Shown here: positions 22,601 through 34,917 of the stretch, one piece after another
Numbering within the stretch: position 1 is the first letter of the stretch
Layout of the letters: every line of letters starts with the position of its first letter
Assembly: GCA_009103225.1 (NCBI GenBank)
Contig: RHPI01000026.1
Coordinates: 951,745-1,015,744, forward strand
DNA from: Chlorokybus atmophyticus
Taxonomy: Eukaryota; Plantae; Mesostigma and Chlorokybus algae
Direction: 5' to 3'
Length of the DNA stretch: 64,000 nt
Translations under genes and position numbers: made by a program
Notes under the pieces: model-generated
Seen by the model: only the letters and a program-made list of their open reading frames with translations
The model's database searches: none
What the model was told of the DNA's origin: nothing

Positions 22601-23241
22601 GGGGAGGCCGACCCGGCCTTTGGTTCGTGGCAAGCCAAGGAGCTGCTGGACCATCTTGAGTCCGTGCTGTCCTCCACAGAGAATGTGGCCGTGGTGTCCG
22701 GCCAGGGCATCGTCGAGGTGAAGCCCAGCGGCGTGTCCAAGGGCGTCGTTGTGGAGCGCGTGCTCACCGCCATCTCGCAAGGCCCTTCCCATGTCGAGCC
22801 TGATTTTGTGCTGTGCATTGGTGATGATCGCTCCGATGAGGACATGTTCCAACAAGTTGAGACTGTTAATTTCTCCCCGCACCTCCCCGCACAGGTAAGT
22901 AGCTGGTTGCATGCATTTGGCGTTGCATTCCTCAAGTGTTATTGCATGTACACGCGGCGATTCTCCTGATAGCCGCCAGTACAGGTGTTTGCTTGCACTG
23001 TCGGCCAAAAACCCAGCAAAGCGAAGTACTATCTCAACGACACTGTTGAGGTATGTCGTTGTTCCGCAATGGTGATGTGAAGATTAGAAGTCTGAACTCA
23101 GAAGTCTTGTGCTCATGTGCGGGATCTTGTTGCCTTGCACGAACTAACCACTTGGATCTGCAGGTGATGGAGTTATTGCACGCTCTAGCGCAGGTTAGCA
23201 CATCACATCCACAGCACGAGCAGCAACAAATGGAGCAATAG
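19633..23241 (+). CDS. TPS: Class II trehalose-6-phosphate synthase/phosphatase (GT20 + HAD TPP domains)
   Basis: RLVIVSMQLPLRA, FCKQYIWPLFHY, WIHDYHLM, LGFFLHSPFPSSEIYR, DLIGFHTFDYARHFLSCCSR|MLGLEFESKRG, VRDGLNLVPYEY, SEFMGCSPSLSGAIRVNPW, ILLDYDGT, IEEKESALVWHY, VEVKP.GVSKG, CIGDDRSDEDMF, CTVGQKPSKAKYYL. Confidence 0.96.
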
Positions 23242-24770
23242 CCCAAAGCAGCATCAGCCGTCCGACGCCCTTGCCTGCACTTATGTCACTTGCCTGCTGT
23301 GCTTGTTGCCTTCTTAGGGCATTGTACTTTTTGGTTTCTTTTGCCGCATCAGTACAATGCGCGTGACCCTATGCAACCCTGTAGCTGCGCATGCAGACAC
23401 ACTTTCAACAACACAGTTTCGCTAACGCGTTCTCAACCGCACAATATATGTTGGCTTTATCCCGCCTCTGGTGCGGCTTTTCCACAGACGCGCTGCAGTA
23501 AACTTTGAGTGTACACAAGATTTTAAGCCTCGTAAGTGCTGTCTTGATCGCATGACTCCCAGGTCACCCAACCTCTGCCGCTGTCAGCAACTGTGTGGCA
23601 AGCCGGGAGTAATGCGCCAGACACATTGGAGGTCTGATCATGCTGGAAAGGGAGTCCATGAGCTGTAGACAAGTTGCTCATGCAGCCTGCTGAATGTGGA
23701 TTGCTAACGACATATGGATTGCTAACGAGGGCACTTGGCGCACGAGCATGTCACGTGCTGATAGATGCAAGCATTGCAAGCATTGCAGATCACAGTGTGG
23801 AGGTTTGCTATACAGGCTGAAGGTCACCTTACGACACGCGCCTCATGTCGACTGCGGTGTTGGCGTCACAGGTGAGCCAGTTGCTGTGTTCCACGCTGCA
23901 AGCGAGCACTGCATAGATTTTTCACTCAACCACTCTAAGCAGCATCAAACAATGGCATTAAAATATGGTGCAAGCCACCATTAACCACTGAGCGGCCCTA
24001 TTCTGTGAGTCAACATCAGAATCCTTGGCAGATTGTGGTACACGCCATCTTTGCTTAGCTAACCCCGAGTTGTTCACACAACGAACTTCTCTCGCTTGGC
24101 AAATGTCTCGGCCACATCACATATAGAACAAATGTGCAGGGTCTGGTTTGCAGTTCCAATAGGTCCATTTCCATACGCTGGATTTACACCATCACATAAA
24201 CAGTTCTGCGCCTGCGTCTACTTGTTCCCTCCTCCCCTCCACCTACCTCCACCTTGATACACGCACGCACGCACGCATCCCCCGCGCACGCGGTTGCAGC
24301 ATAGTACACCGCAAACATGCCGCGTTACTATCCTGTGCGGCGCCATCATCATCTTTGTCGTTTCTCCCCCTCCCGGCACTCCCACCATTGCCACATGGCC
24401 TGTCCGCATATCAGAGGTGGCAATCTACTCCAAACATAGGCTTTGCTGTTCATTGTCTTTGCAAGCACAATGCCAATCAGTGCCACAATGCAGTGCACTC
24501 TCGAAATTACACTCAAGGTGCGCATGCAGCACATTTCCTAGGATAAGCGCCACGCATATCACTTTCAGCACACCCTCTCGCGCGCTAGGTCTCGTGTAGA
24601 GCAAAATGCACCTGACACATCGTATATGCCCATTACTCAGGTGTACAAGCAGAAAGGTGTACAACTACACACCCCTGTTGTACCTACGCATGCACTTTGC
24701 CTATGTACTGTACTGGTATACACAACGCACTATAGACGAGCAACATATACAGTCGACATCAATATAGCGG

Positions 24771-26608
24771 CTACCGCATAAGCAATTTGGGCGCCGCCAG
24801 CGACAAAGCCAGCGCGAGTGTGACCGCCGCATGCCATCTCACAGCAAAATACTTCGCTTTGAACACAACTGAAGGGTCCGCATGGTTGGCCGACACAAAG
24901 CGCAGCATCTTGTTCACGATGGGCAGCGTGAGCGCAAAGAGGGCGAGAGCGGGGACAGGTAGCGCACCTGAAAACATACCCACTACCACCGACGTGTACA
25001 CGCCCCCCGCCGCCCACGGTAACAACCCCGCCGCCCTCTTTGTCCCGAGCCTCACTATCGGCGAGAGCTTCCCCGCAGCCCTGTCATCATCAATCTGATG
25101 AAAGTGGCTGCAGAATAGTATAGCTGTTGTGGTGATGCCCACAATTAGAGAGGCGATAACCGCGCCGGGAGAGATGATGGAGATGATATCTGCAGCTGCG
25201 GCTGCTGGGGTGGATATCGCCCTTAATGTGGCCATATAGAAGGCTAAAGTGGCCATTGGGCCGAAAGAGATGAAGCAGAGTGGCTCACCCAGACCCAAAT
25301 AGCCCAGCCTAAAAGGCGGGGACTGGTAAACGTAACCACAGGCTATTGCACCCGCCAAGAGCGCCATTGAAGTCTGATTGCGAACCTGAATGAAAGATTA
25401 CAAGAGATGAAGGTGTAGTGGTTGATGTCAGGCACATGTGTGTATGTGTCAGGCACGTGCGTCTGCGTGTGCACACATATGCATGCGTGTACGTGTGCCT
25501 GTTCTTGGGCACATGCGTGTGTGCACGTGCACGTGTATGTGTATGCGTGCCCGTGTGCATGTATATGTGTGTATGTGTGCGTGCAGGTGTGCACATGAGT
25601 GCGATCGTAAGAATCCACCTGCATGTACGTGTGCGTCCTTTTGTGCGTTTGTGTGTTCTGACCTGTGAGGCGATGAGGGCGATGCCGGCGGCAAGGGAGG
25701 CAAAAGACGCGGCGAGTGTGCCCCACATGCTACCGGTGATGTTCACAACGCTCTCGCGCTTATTCTCGTCCACGCCAGTCATCGCGTCAAACTGCAAACG
25801 CACATGCACAAGCGTACATCAAGCTTACAGCACCCGCATGCGGGCATCCAAAACTGCATCCAATATGCAGCCAATCAGTGACATGACTGACTGTCACACA
25901 CAATGCCGTATGGTGTGTGACGTGACTCATGTGTCACACAATGCAAACCTCAAAGAGAGGTTGTTGTACATGTTGTCAGCAAGCTGTCGTGACGGGTGAC
26001 GTTGTCCCATGCACAATAAACTTGTACGTCACTGTCATATATGCACATGTAGGTTTGCGGGCAAAGCATTGTGTATTTGTGTGTCACGAGCTGTGTCTCA
26101 CAGCATCGTTGGAGAGGTTGAGCCAGAGGATGACAAGAACAGCCCCGCCGGCGAGCGCTGAGAAGGCTGGCCATGGGAATGGCGTCATGGCCGGTGCCGC
26201 CGCCCACGCCGCCGCCACCCCCGCCGCCACCGGCGCCACCGCCACGCTGTACATGGGAGGCTTGGCGGCGGCCAGCAGCAGGCGGCGCTGCTCAGCTGGG
26301 GAGCACTCCGAGAACTTCGGCGCCCGCCTGACGCCTCCGTCCTCAGCCACGTCCCCAACGACGCTGGTGCTCCCGACGACCAAGCCACTCGGCAGCTGCA
26401 GAGCGTCCCGCCATCGTGGCCGCCGCCGCCGGCGGCCATGCAGACAACTTGCAGGCAGCCATGCGCAATGCCAGCGCAATGCCGCACCGGCGCAGCTCCC
26501 CCGCCGCCTCCCAGGAAGGTTTGCCGCACCCGTCCCAACGCCAACCACCACCCCCTCAGCCCGCGACGCACAAGACGGCGACACCGTCGCCGCCGCCGCC
26601 GCCGCCAT
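24771..26608 (-). CDS. menA: 1,4-dihydroxy-2-naphthoate prenyl(phytyl)transferase, plastid, 3 exons
   Basis: AAKPPMYSVA, LWLNLSNDA|FDAMTGVDENKRESVVN, YVYQSPPFRLGYLGLGEPLCF, ILFCSHFHQIDDDRAAGKLSPIVRLG, KYFAVRWH. Confidence 0.95.
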
Positions 26609-26609
26609 C

Positions 26610-26777
26610 GCCACGTGGCGACAGTGCACTAGTTGGCGCATAGCATTTGGTTCAACTTTCAGATATGGTTCGATCCAGGTTGGGACCTGTCCCGCTTATG
26701 CTTTAGGATCAGTGAAGCCGGTTTGGACAAGTTGGGGTTTGGGGCGGGAAGGGCGAGAGGACAGCGAGCCACGTGGC
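26610..26777. promoter_or_regulatory. Compact divergent intergenic region bracketed by two perfect G-box palindromes (GCCACGTGGC)
   Basis: GCCACGTGGC at 26610-26619 and 26768-26777; the two ATGs are 181 bp apart. Confidence 0.5.
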
Positions 26778-26789
26778 AGTGTCGGGTGC

Positions 26790-28915
26790 ATGACGGGCGG
26801 TGGGGGAGCGCCGGTGGTGGAGCAGGAGGTTGCGGAGAGGAAGGTGGTGCGGGGCGAGGCGGGGGCTGGGGTGGAGAGCTCCACACCACGGTCTATGCGG
26901 GCGAAGAAGCTCCTTGTGCTGGACATCAACGGTCTGCTGCTGCACAGCGAGTTCAAAAACAAATTCCCCGCCGCCACCGCCTCCCCCTCCACCGCCTCCG
27001 CCGTCTCGGTGAATGGCGACGTGGCCGTCGCTGTCCCCTCAGTTGCCGAGCCTGCAGTTAAGCAGCAAAAACTTAGGACGGTGGGGGGCAGGGCGGCGGA
27101 CGCTGTGCTGGGCGCCCACGTGGTGTTCGACCGCCCCTTCCTGCGGGACTTCATCACCTGGGCGCTGAACACCTTCAAGGTGGCCGTGTGGACCTCCGCC
27201 AAGGGCCACAACGCCCGCGCCTACGTGCACCACGTCTTCAGCAAAATTCTGCAGGAGGGGGGAGAGGAGAAGCAGGAGGAGAAGCAGGAGAAGGAGGATG
27301 AGACAGTGGTTGATGAGCGCCTGGCGTTCGTGTGGGACCAGGAGCGCTGCTCTGTGGCAGCAGGAGGCGCTGCCCGACACCCTGACAACCCCTACAAGCC
27401 CCTCTTCCTCAAGGAGCTATCCGCCTGCTGGGCGCTCCCGGAGCTGGGCGGCCTCTACGGACCCCACAACACCCTCCTCGTGGATGACGACGCCTACAAG
27501 GCCGCAGCTAATCCGGTCAGTGCCCCTTCTCAGCTGTCATTTTCTTGGTGTTCCAGTCAGTTTCGCTCAAATTCAACTCAGTACGCACTCAATGCTGTCT
27601 GGCTCGTAATCAGTCCATCAACTATGCAGCTAGTCTCAAGCACACGACATTGTCACCAACATTTGCTGTGTTTTCAGGGTCGCACATGCGCTGACACGTG
27701 ATTGCATGCTCACAAATCACAGTTGTTGGCCCACGCTAGCGGACATTGGTGTTTGCCTGAGTGTTTTTGGTTTCTCTTTTTGCTTACTAAGTACTTTTCT
27801 CTTCTCATTGCAAAACAGCCATACACAGCAATACACCCACCAAGGTACTTAGCCGACGATGCCCACGACAACGCCCTCAGTAAGCTGTTGCAATTATAGT
27901 TTATTTTTGTATCTGGTACGAGTCACGCCATTTGTTATTGTTTGTCAATATCTGATTATTTGAAGTTTGACATATATAGTAGGTCAACATCTTTCTCTGT
28001 TCAGGTCCTTTTGGTGCGATTCGTCTGTATTTGCAAGACTTGGCAGACGCGTCGGACGTGCAGGATTTTGTAAGGACACATCCATTCCACACATACTGCA
28101 GCGGGGCCAGCACGGTCACCCATGTCACGCTTGCGGACCTTCTCGAACGCTCCGCGCGCATCGCGCAAGCCGAAGAAGAGCCGAAGAGGCAGCTACAGCA
28201 GCAGAAGGAACATGCGCGGCAACAATGGGAACTGCAGCTACAACAACAAGCACAACATCATTGGCAAGCACAACAAGCAGCACAACAACAACAACATTGG
28301 CAACAGCAATGGCACCCACCGCAGCACCATAACCACCTTCTTCAACAACAACAGCCTGCAGCAGGCTCACTTGACCTCGACCGCAGTGCCATTGCTGCAT
28401 CAGCACGCTTTCACTTGCAGCAGCAGCACCCACACCCGCACCCGCATTCAAACAGTGCTCAGTGGACAGAACAACCACCACGAGAGACCCGCTGGGACGC
28501 GGCACGAGACCATACTCAACAATACCACACGCATCAAGACGCTAGGTGGGATGCAGGTACATACCAACATGAGGCCTCCTCCCATCCCCAACATGCACGG
28601 CACACCAGATGGGATGATAATGGCTACGAACACAGGTACTCCCGCCCTCATGTCGACATGCAGCAATGGCGTGTCAACAGATGGGAAGAAGTGGGTGATG
28701 AGTACTTGCCTCCACCACAACATCAACGTCTGCAACTTCAACAACCACAGCAAGCACAGTGTGCACCTTATGCACAGGCTTTGCAGTATAGTGGTGGTGG
28801 TAGTCAGCTTGTACATGGCACGCAGCAGCACTATCAGTACCAGCAGCAGCAGCAGCAGCAGCAGCATAACCCCATGCAATATTACGACCCCCGTCAACAT
28901 CGTTGGCGCCGGTAG
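26790..28915 (+). CDS. FCP1/NIF-homology HAD-fold protein with Gln/His-rich C-terminal tail
   Basis: KKLLVLDINGLL, RPFLRDF..F.VAVWTSA, FVWDQERC, KPLFLKEL..W, NTLLVDDDAYKAAANP|..YTAIHPP..DNAL|GPFGAIRLYL..L.DA.DVQDFVR.HPF. Confidence 0.85.
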
Positions 28916-29468
28916 CGAAGCTATGCTCTGGGTGTGGGTGCTTGCTTGACATGAATGCGTGTATGGTTGTCACAAGCGTTGTTGCTGCACTTCCCAACAT
29001 TGCATCTGTGCTGCGGCCAGTTTGATCAGTGATCTTAATTTACACCTCATGTAACACTATGCACAAGGCAGTTGGGAGTCACAATTGGTCTCAAGTCAAG
29101 GGACTTGCGTGTTTGTAACAATTACAGATGTTGTTCTTATGCGACACCATAATGCTAGCCGGACATCACTGGTTGCTGCGTGTGCGCGTGCTGAGGTAGC
29201 TAGGAAACTGGAATGCTCGACATCATGATGGTATGGTGTTCCCCTTAGCCAGCCCCTTAGGTCCAACATTGTGTACAAAAGAACGGCGAGGGGATGTGTG
29301 GTGTGTAACTCATGACTTACTTGCAGAAAATGTATGAGTTTGTGTGCGTCCAGTGATGAGTAATGCATCACACGTGCTTATATTTCGGGCCCCTATTAGA
29401 CTTGGTGTGTGTTGAACCTTTACGGTACCTTCAGTTAGCAACAAAGTGTTCACGTCGAGCATGCACCA

Positions 29469-32400
29469 TCAGCAAGCATGCTGCAAGTCTGCGCGCTGCG
29501 CCACCCGTTCTGTTTGCCTCCGCTCACTGTCTGCAGGCCGCAACAACAACGTCGCGCCAAATTGCCGGCAAAACTCGGCCATTGTGGTGCGAGCCACGGG
29601 AACGGCCCGCAAAGCCGCCGTGCTAACCGAACCCACCTGCAGGAAAGTTGCCATCATACGTCATGCATGCACGCATGCACATGCGTGTATGCGTGCCTGT
29701 GTGTTCATACTCGCACGCACGCGCGCGTACACACACACGCACCTCTACTGCCACATAGTCTCCCGGTCGCAGCCGCACCCGCGCCTCATCATCTGCGTCA
29801 CCAAGCCTCGCGGCCACAGTCCGATCGTCGAAGAACACTCGCTTGTTAGTGCACGTGCGCCCAGTGAGCGTGCCGTCCCCCCTGCGTCCGGGCCCCTCCA
29901 CGAGCACCAAGTGAGTGGCGCCGATTTCGGATGCGCTCCTTTCTGCAAGTTTCGCGCGGAATGTTGCAATCACCTCCTGCGTGACGAGCGTGAAACAAGC
30001 GCGAAAGACAATCCAATAACAGTGCATACAAGTGTACGCATGCGCAAGCATGTGTATGTGAGCGTACATGTGCGTGTGTGTGCGCATGGGTGCGCGTGCG
30101 GGTGCGGGTGCGTGCTTGCGAGTGGGTGTGCATGTGCACGTGTACATGTGTGCGGTTATGCGCGTGTGTGTTGAAGTCTGTGCTCCCGAGGGTATGGGTG
30201 CGTGTGCGTATGCATGTGTGCTGAGATGCGTGTGTTCAGGCAAGCTGTAACAGATTAATCAACCACAACGTGAATTTGCTAACTGGACCTGCAGTCGTCG
30301 TATCTTGACGGTTTGTGGCACATCGTCTGCGAATCTGCGCGCGGCACCGGTCTTCTCCCTCATTGAGTACGCAAACATAAACGCAGCGTCATACCCAACC
30401 TGCCTCAGCAACGACAGCGTGTCCTGGTGCTCTGCCTCAGTCTCACCGCAAAACCCTGCAAGCGCGGATGCGTGTGGGCAGGTCTGCTGCTGCTAAGTAG
30501 TGGTAGAACTACCTTACCAATCAAACCAACACAGGTTTCATTTCAAACACCCATTGATTTACGCAGCATGGACACCATGCTGGACAGGGGTAAAACAAAC
30601 ATCATACAAAGTGTTTCAATGGTACCTGACAAAAGAGCACGTGACTATAGGCTTGTGGACACGCATACACGCGCGCACACATGTTCACGTGCACACGCCC
30701 GCGCGCATGTGTGCACGCATGCACCCACGAGCACATGTGTACACGCACACACGCAAGTACACATATGTGCAATCACCTGAGATAAAGTCGCTTGACAACG
30801 CAACATTGGGGACTTGATCGCGGATGTGGTCAACAAGCTCCAAGTACGCCTCCCGTGAGTACCCTCTGAGAAATAAAACACGTCTGTCACACACGTACAT
30901 GCGTGCGCACGCGCACACACACACATGCACACATGAGTGACAAAACGCGCGGGACTCGCCTCCTCATGCGTTCGAGTACGGTTGTTGATCCGCTCTGCGC
31001 AGGCATATGTACGAACTTGCACACGTTGTCGCGCTCGGCCATCACGCACAGCACCTCATCGGGAAAGTCCTGCCTCACACGCACACGTCCAACACTCTGA
31101 GTGACTCACTGCTTGGATGAGTGGGTTGAGTGAAGAACGTGACTCACTTTGGGGTGGGGTGATGTGAATCGGATGCGCATTTCTGGGTCTATGTTGGCTA
31201 CGCGGTCCAGCAGCTCCGCGAACCTCACCGCGCCCTCTCGCCGAGGCTTGTACACGCTAGAATTACTCGAGGGGTGAGAATTCATCGCGAACTCACACAG
31301 TCCAATGCACGCCCACACGCGCGTGTACAGCAACCATGCGCCCACATGCGCACGCATGCACAGGCACATGACCGCGCACACAAAGAGCGAGTACAGACAC
31401 CAATACATGGTGGATCAAAGCATGATCAGATCCACAACATGCAATTGACATGCAATATGATCATAGTGATGTTTACGAGGTCGATCGCGAGTACCTTTGG
31501 AAGCCCTTGGCGTACACGTCCTCAATCGGTGTGGAAAGGCGCGTGGGTTCGGACTGCGCGTCGGCGTACGAGTTGACGTTCTGCCCGAGCAGCGTCACCT
31601 CCTTGAAACCCTCAGCCGACAACCTACGCACCTGCGAGAGATGGCGCGTCATACACTACATGCGCGCGCGCGCACGCACAAATGCGCATGCAACTAGACA
31701 CACACGCATGCACGCACGCACGACGCACGCACACGAGCGCATGTGTCCCATGCATGTGCACATGTCCCCACCCCCTCCTCTCACCTCTTCGACTATCGTC
31801 CCTATCTCCCTCGACCGTTCCCTCCCCCTGGTATACGGCACGACGCAGAACGCGCACATGTTGTTGCAGCCCCGCATGACGCTGACGAACGCGGAGGTGG
31901 CGCCCGACTCACGAACAGGTGCGATGTCGGCGTACGTCTCGTCTAGACTTAGTTGGACGTTCATGGCGGTGACAGGATTGCTATCATCGTCGTCGCCGGT
32001 CTTCTGCACGGCTTCAAGAAGGGTAGGCAGGTCTCGGTACGCATCTGGACTAGAGATGACGCACACGCACACGCACACGCACAGGGACCACCAGTGAGTG
32101 AGTGACTGGATGACAGAGGCGTACATCTTGACTTGCAACATGCCCAGCCCCTCTATCTCACCCCACGACGATGTCGACGAGTTTGTGCGTCTCAAGCAAC
32201 CTCTCTTTGAGTCGTTCGGCCATGCATCCCAGCACGCCCACCACGGGGAGGACCGGACTGTGTTGGAGCTGGTGTTGATGCGCGCGCCTGTCGCGCTTCA
32301 TGTTCTTGAAGAAACCGAGACGCTGCCAGATCTTGGACTCGGCGCTCTCGCGGATAGCACACTGGGAGGAGGAGGAGGATGTGGGTGGGAGGGTGCGTGC

Positions 32401-32944
32401 GTGCGTGCGCGTACGTGCGCATTGGCCTGTGCATGTGTGCGTGTGCGCATGCAGAGCCGAGAGAGAGACAGTCTGTGTGCGTGTGTGAGAGAGATGTGAA
32501 CCGCTCTGCTCACCGTGTTGATGAGTATTGCGTGCGCGTTTTCTGGCTCTCTCGTCCTTTCGTATCCCTCTCTTGCTAGTACGCTCAGCACCACCTCCGT
32601 GTCGCTCTCGTTCATCTGGCAACCGTAGGTCTCGATGTACACGCGCTTACCACCAACCTTAATTCCAACATCATCAACAGCGCTGGTGCTGGTGCTGGTG
32701 CTGGCATCATCTTCACATGCTGCATGCAAACAACTTCAACAACAACAATGATACCCACAACGATGACAACGACGATGATGACTACGATGACAGTGACAGC
32801 AACACCTGATTGCCGTAGGCGCTCCGTCGCTGCCTTCTGCAAAAAGTCCTTCAGCCCAGGCCCGGCCTTCAGCGAGGACGCGGACGAGGCGGAGGCGGCG
32901 CTGGAGCACAACAGTCTCCTCGCCGCCGCCGCCACCGCCGCCAT
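29469..32944 (-). CDS. miaB: tRNA-2-methylthio-N6-dimethylallyladenosine synthase (MiaB/CDK5RAP1, radical SAM + TRAM)
   Basis: [75 protein letters not shown]|[38 protein letters not shown]. Confidence 0.95.
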
Positions 32945-33067
32945 GCTGAACAAACAGCGATCACTCCCTGCCGCAGCTGTGACTGTGTTGTGGGCGTTGT
33001 TGTCGTCGGCGTCCGCGTTGGCGGCGGCGGTGTAGCTGTCCTCGTTGTGGTCGTAGTCGTCGTCGTT

Positions 33068-34075
33068 ATGGATCAGGTGATGCGCCTCAGCGTCGAGCAG
33101 CTCCAGGCCGCTCGCGAGCAGGGCGCCGCGGAGGCTTCTTTCCTAGCGGAGAACGCCGCTGCTCTGAGGGCGGCCGCCGCTCGCTTCGAGGCCGGGTCGG
33201 TGGCGCTGACGGATCTCGCCAGGCAGGACGACAACGCCGCCGCCGCCGCCCTGGTGCCACTGTCGCCAAGCCTGTATGTGCCGGCGAAGCTGGCGGATAC
33301 GCGGAGCGTGCTGGTGGATGTCGGCACGGGGTACTTTGTCCAGGTGAGCAACAACCACAACAATGACGACGACAACAACCATGATGATGACTATGGCACT
33401 GGGTTGAGACTGGAATGGCTGAGATATTGTTTTCCTGTGTTGAGCGATCGATTGCACACAATGTGTGTGCACGCACAATGCAGCATATATGGGGCATGCG
33501 TGTGCGTGTAGCAATCTCACTTGTGTTGTGCGCTTGCTGCTCGTGTTGCTTCATATTCAGGTGCGTGCGAGTCGAGCGCACGTGCTTGGGTTAAGCCTGC
33601 GTGTGTGCGAGGGCGTTCTGTAATACTCGCGTCTCTTTTGCAAGTGTGTGTTTCAAGGAATGCCCTCAACGTGTCGTGTGCTGCTGCAGAAAAGCACGGG
33701 TGCTGGGGTGGACTACTGCCAACGCAAGGTCGCCATGCTCAAGGAGAGGATAGAGAAGCTCGTCGAGGTGTGCACATGCACACATGCACGCGTGCGCCCA
33801 CGCGCACGCACACGCACACGCATGCGCACGGATGCATACACACACGCATGCACGCACGTACACACGCACACACGCGCATGCACACACATGCGTCAAGCAA
33901 CACAACCTGTGCTCGCAACATGACCTGACAGCGCGCTTACACTCACCTCACCACGCTCTTTGTTGTTTTCCCATCGTCTCCACAGCTCCTGAACCAGAAG
34001 CGTCAGCAGCAGGAGGTGGTCACGCTGGCGCTGCAGGCAAAGATGCGCGCGGCACCCGCAACCACCGCATCATAA
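33068..34075 (+). CDS. PFD5: Prefoldin subunit 5 (alpha type), 3 exons
   Basis: LSVEQL, LVPLSPSLYVPAKL...SVLVDVGTGYFVQ|KSTGAGVDYCQRKV..LKERIEKLVE|LLNQKRQQQE. Confidence 0.93.
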
Positions 34076-34917
34076 CAACAACAATATCGGAGCTTGATGC
34101 GGTGGTGCTGTTACGCGCAAAGTGTCGTGCCGTGTGAATAATTGTCATCGTATAATGGTTTATGTCCGTGTATATGTATGCGTATGAGTAAGGCAGGGAT
34201 CGTGGTTGCAATCTCTTGACCCCAACATGTTATGGTATGGGAGCCAGCCAAGGATTGATGTTGGGCTGAGTCATCCATGCACACCTCAGTTTGTCATGCA
34301 GCTCAGCAATAGGTAGTCAAGACAGCTTCAGTACAATCTTCCCTCAATGAACGCACAGCGCGTGTCATCCCCGTTGGCAGTCGATTAGAGTCCATACATA
34401 CACATCGCATGACTGATTGCTGCTCTGTGCCCTACTGCCACCTACTTCGGGGTTGGCCGCGTGCAACCTTTGTGTGTTATATGTACACAGAGTGTCCAGC
34501 TCATTACCATCCGGTGCACTACTACAACATCGGCAACTCCGCATGTGCCTCACTGGTGTGCACTCATGTGAGTGTATGGATATCGGACGCTGCAGGTTTG
34601 TGAGGTGTTTGTTATTGGCAGTGTGGGGTTTGCTTGGCCCTGCCCTGGCTATTGGTTTTGGGTTTGTAACAGTTGCTGCTGCTGCTGCACGACACCAGAA
34701 CTCCATGCAAGGTGAATATCATGTGTGCATGTCCATGCATGCATGAATGCGCGCGTGTGCGTGCATCCGCATGCGGGATGCATTGCACAAAGAGCGATGC
34801 TCTGCTTTTGCGTGTACTGCCAAAATTGTCTCACAACACCACAGATAACGGTACTGCTAATTAGTCAAAACCCCAACGCGCTGCATTGGCATAGCAGTCT
34901 CTTCATGACAGGCGCCG

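Noticed and set aside
23690-24670. Short ORFs between TPS and menA, including HICSIC zinc-finger-like text
   Set aside because: No coherent gene model; compatible with the 3' UTRs of two convergent genes.
25929-26789. N-terminal ~290 aa of the 590-aa plus-strand ORF
   Set aside because: Antisense shadow of the GC-rich first exon of menA; the FCP1-like similarity starts only after the ATG at 26790.
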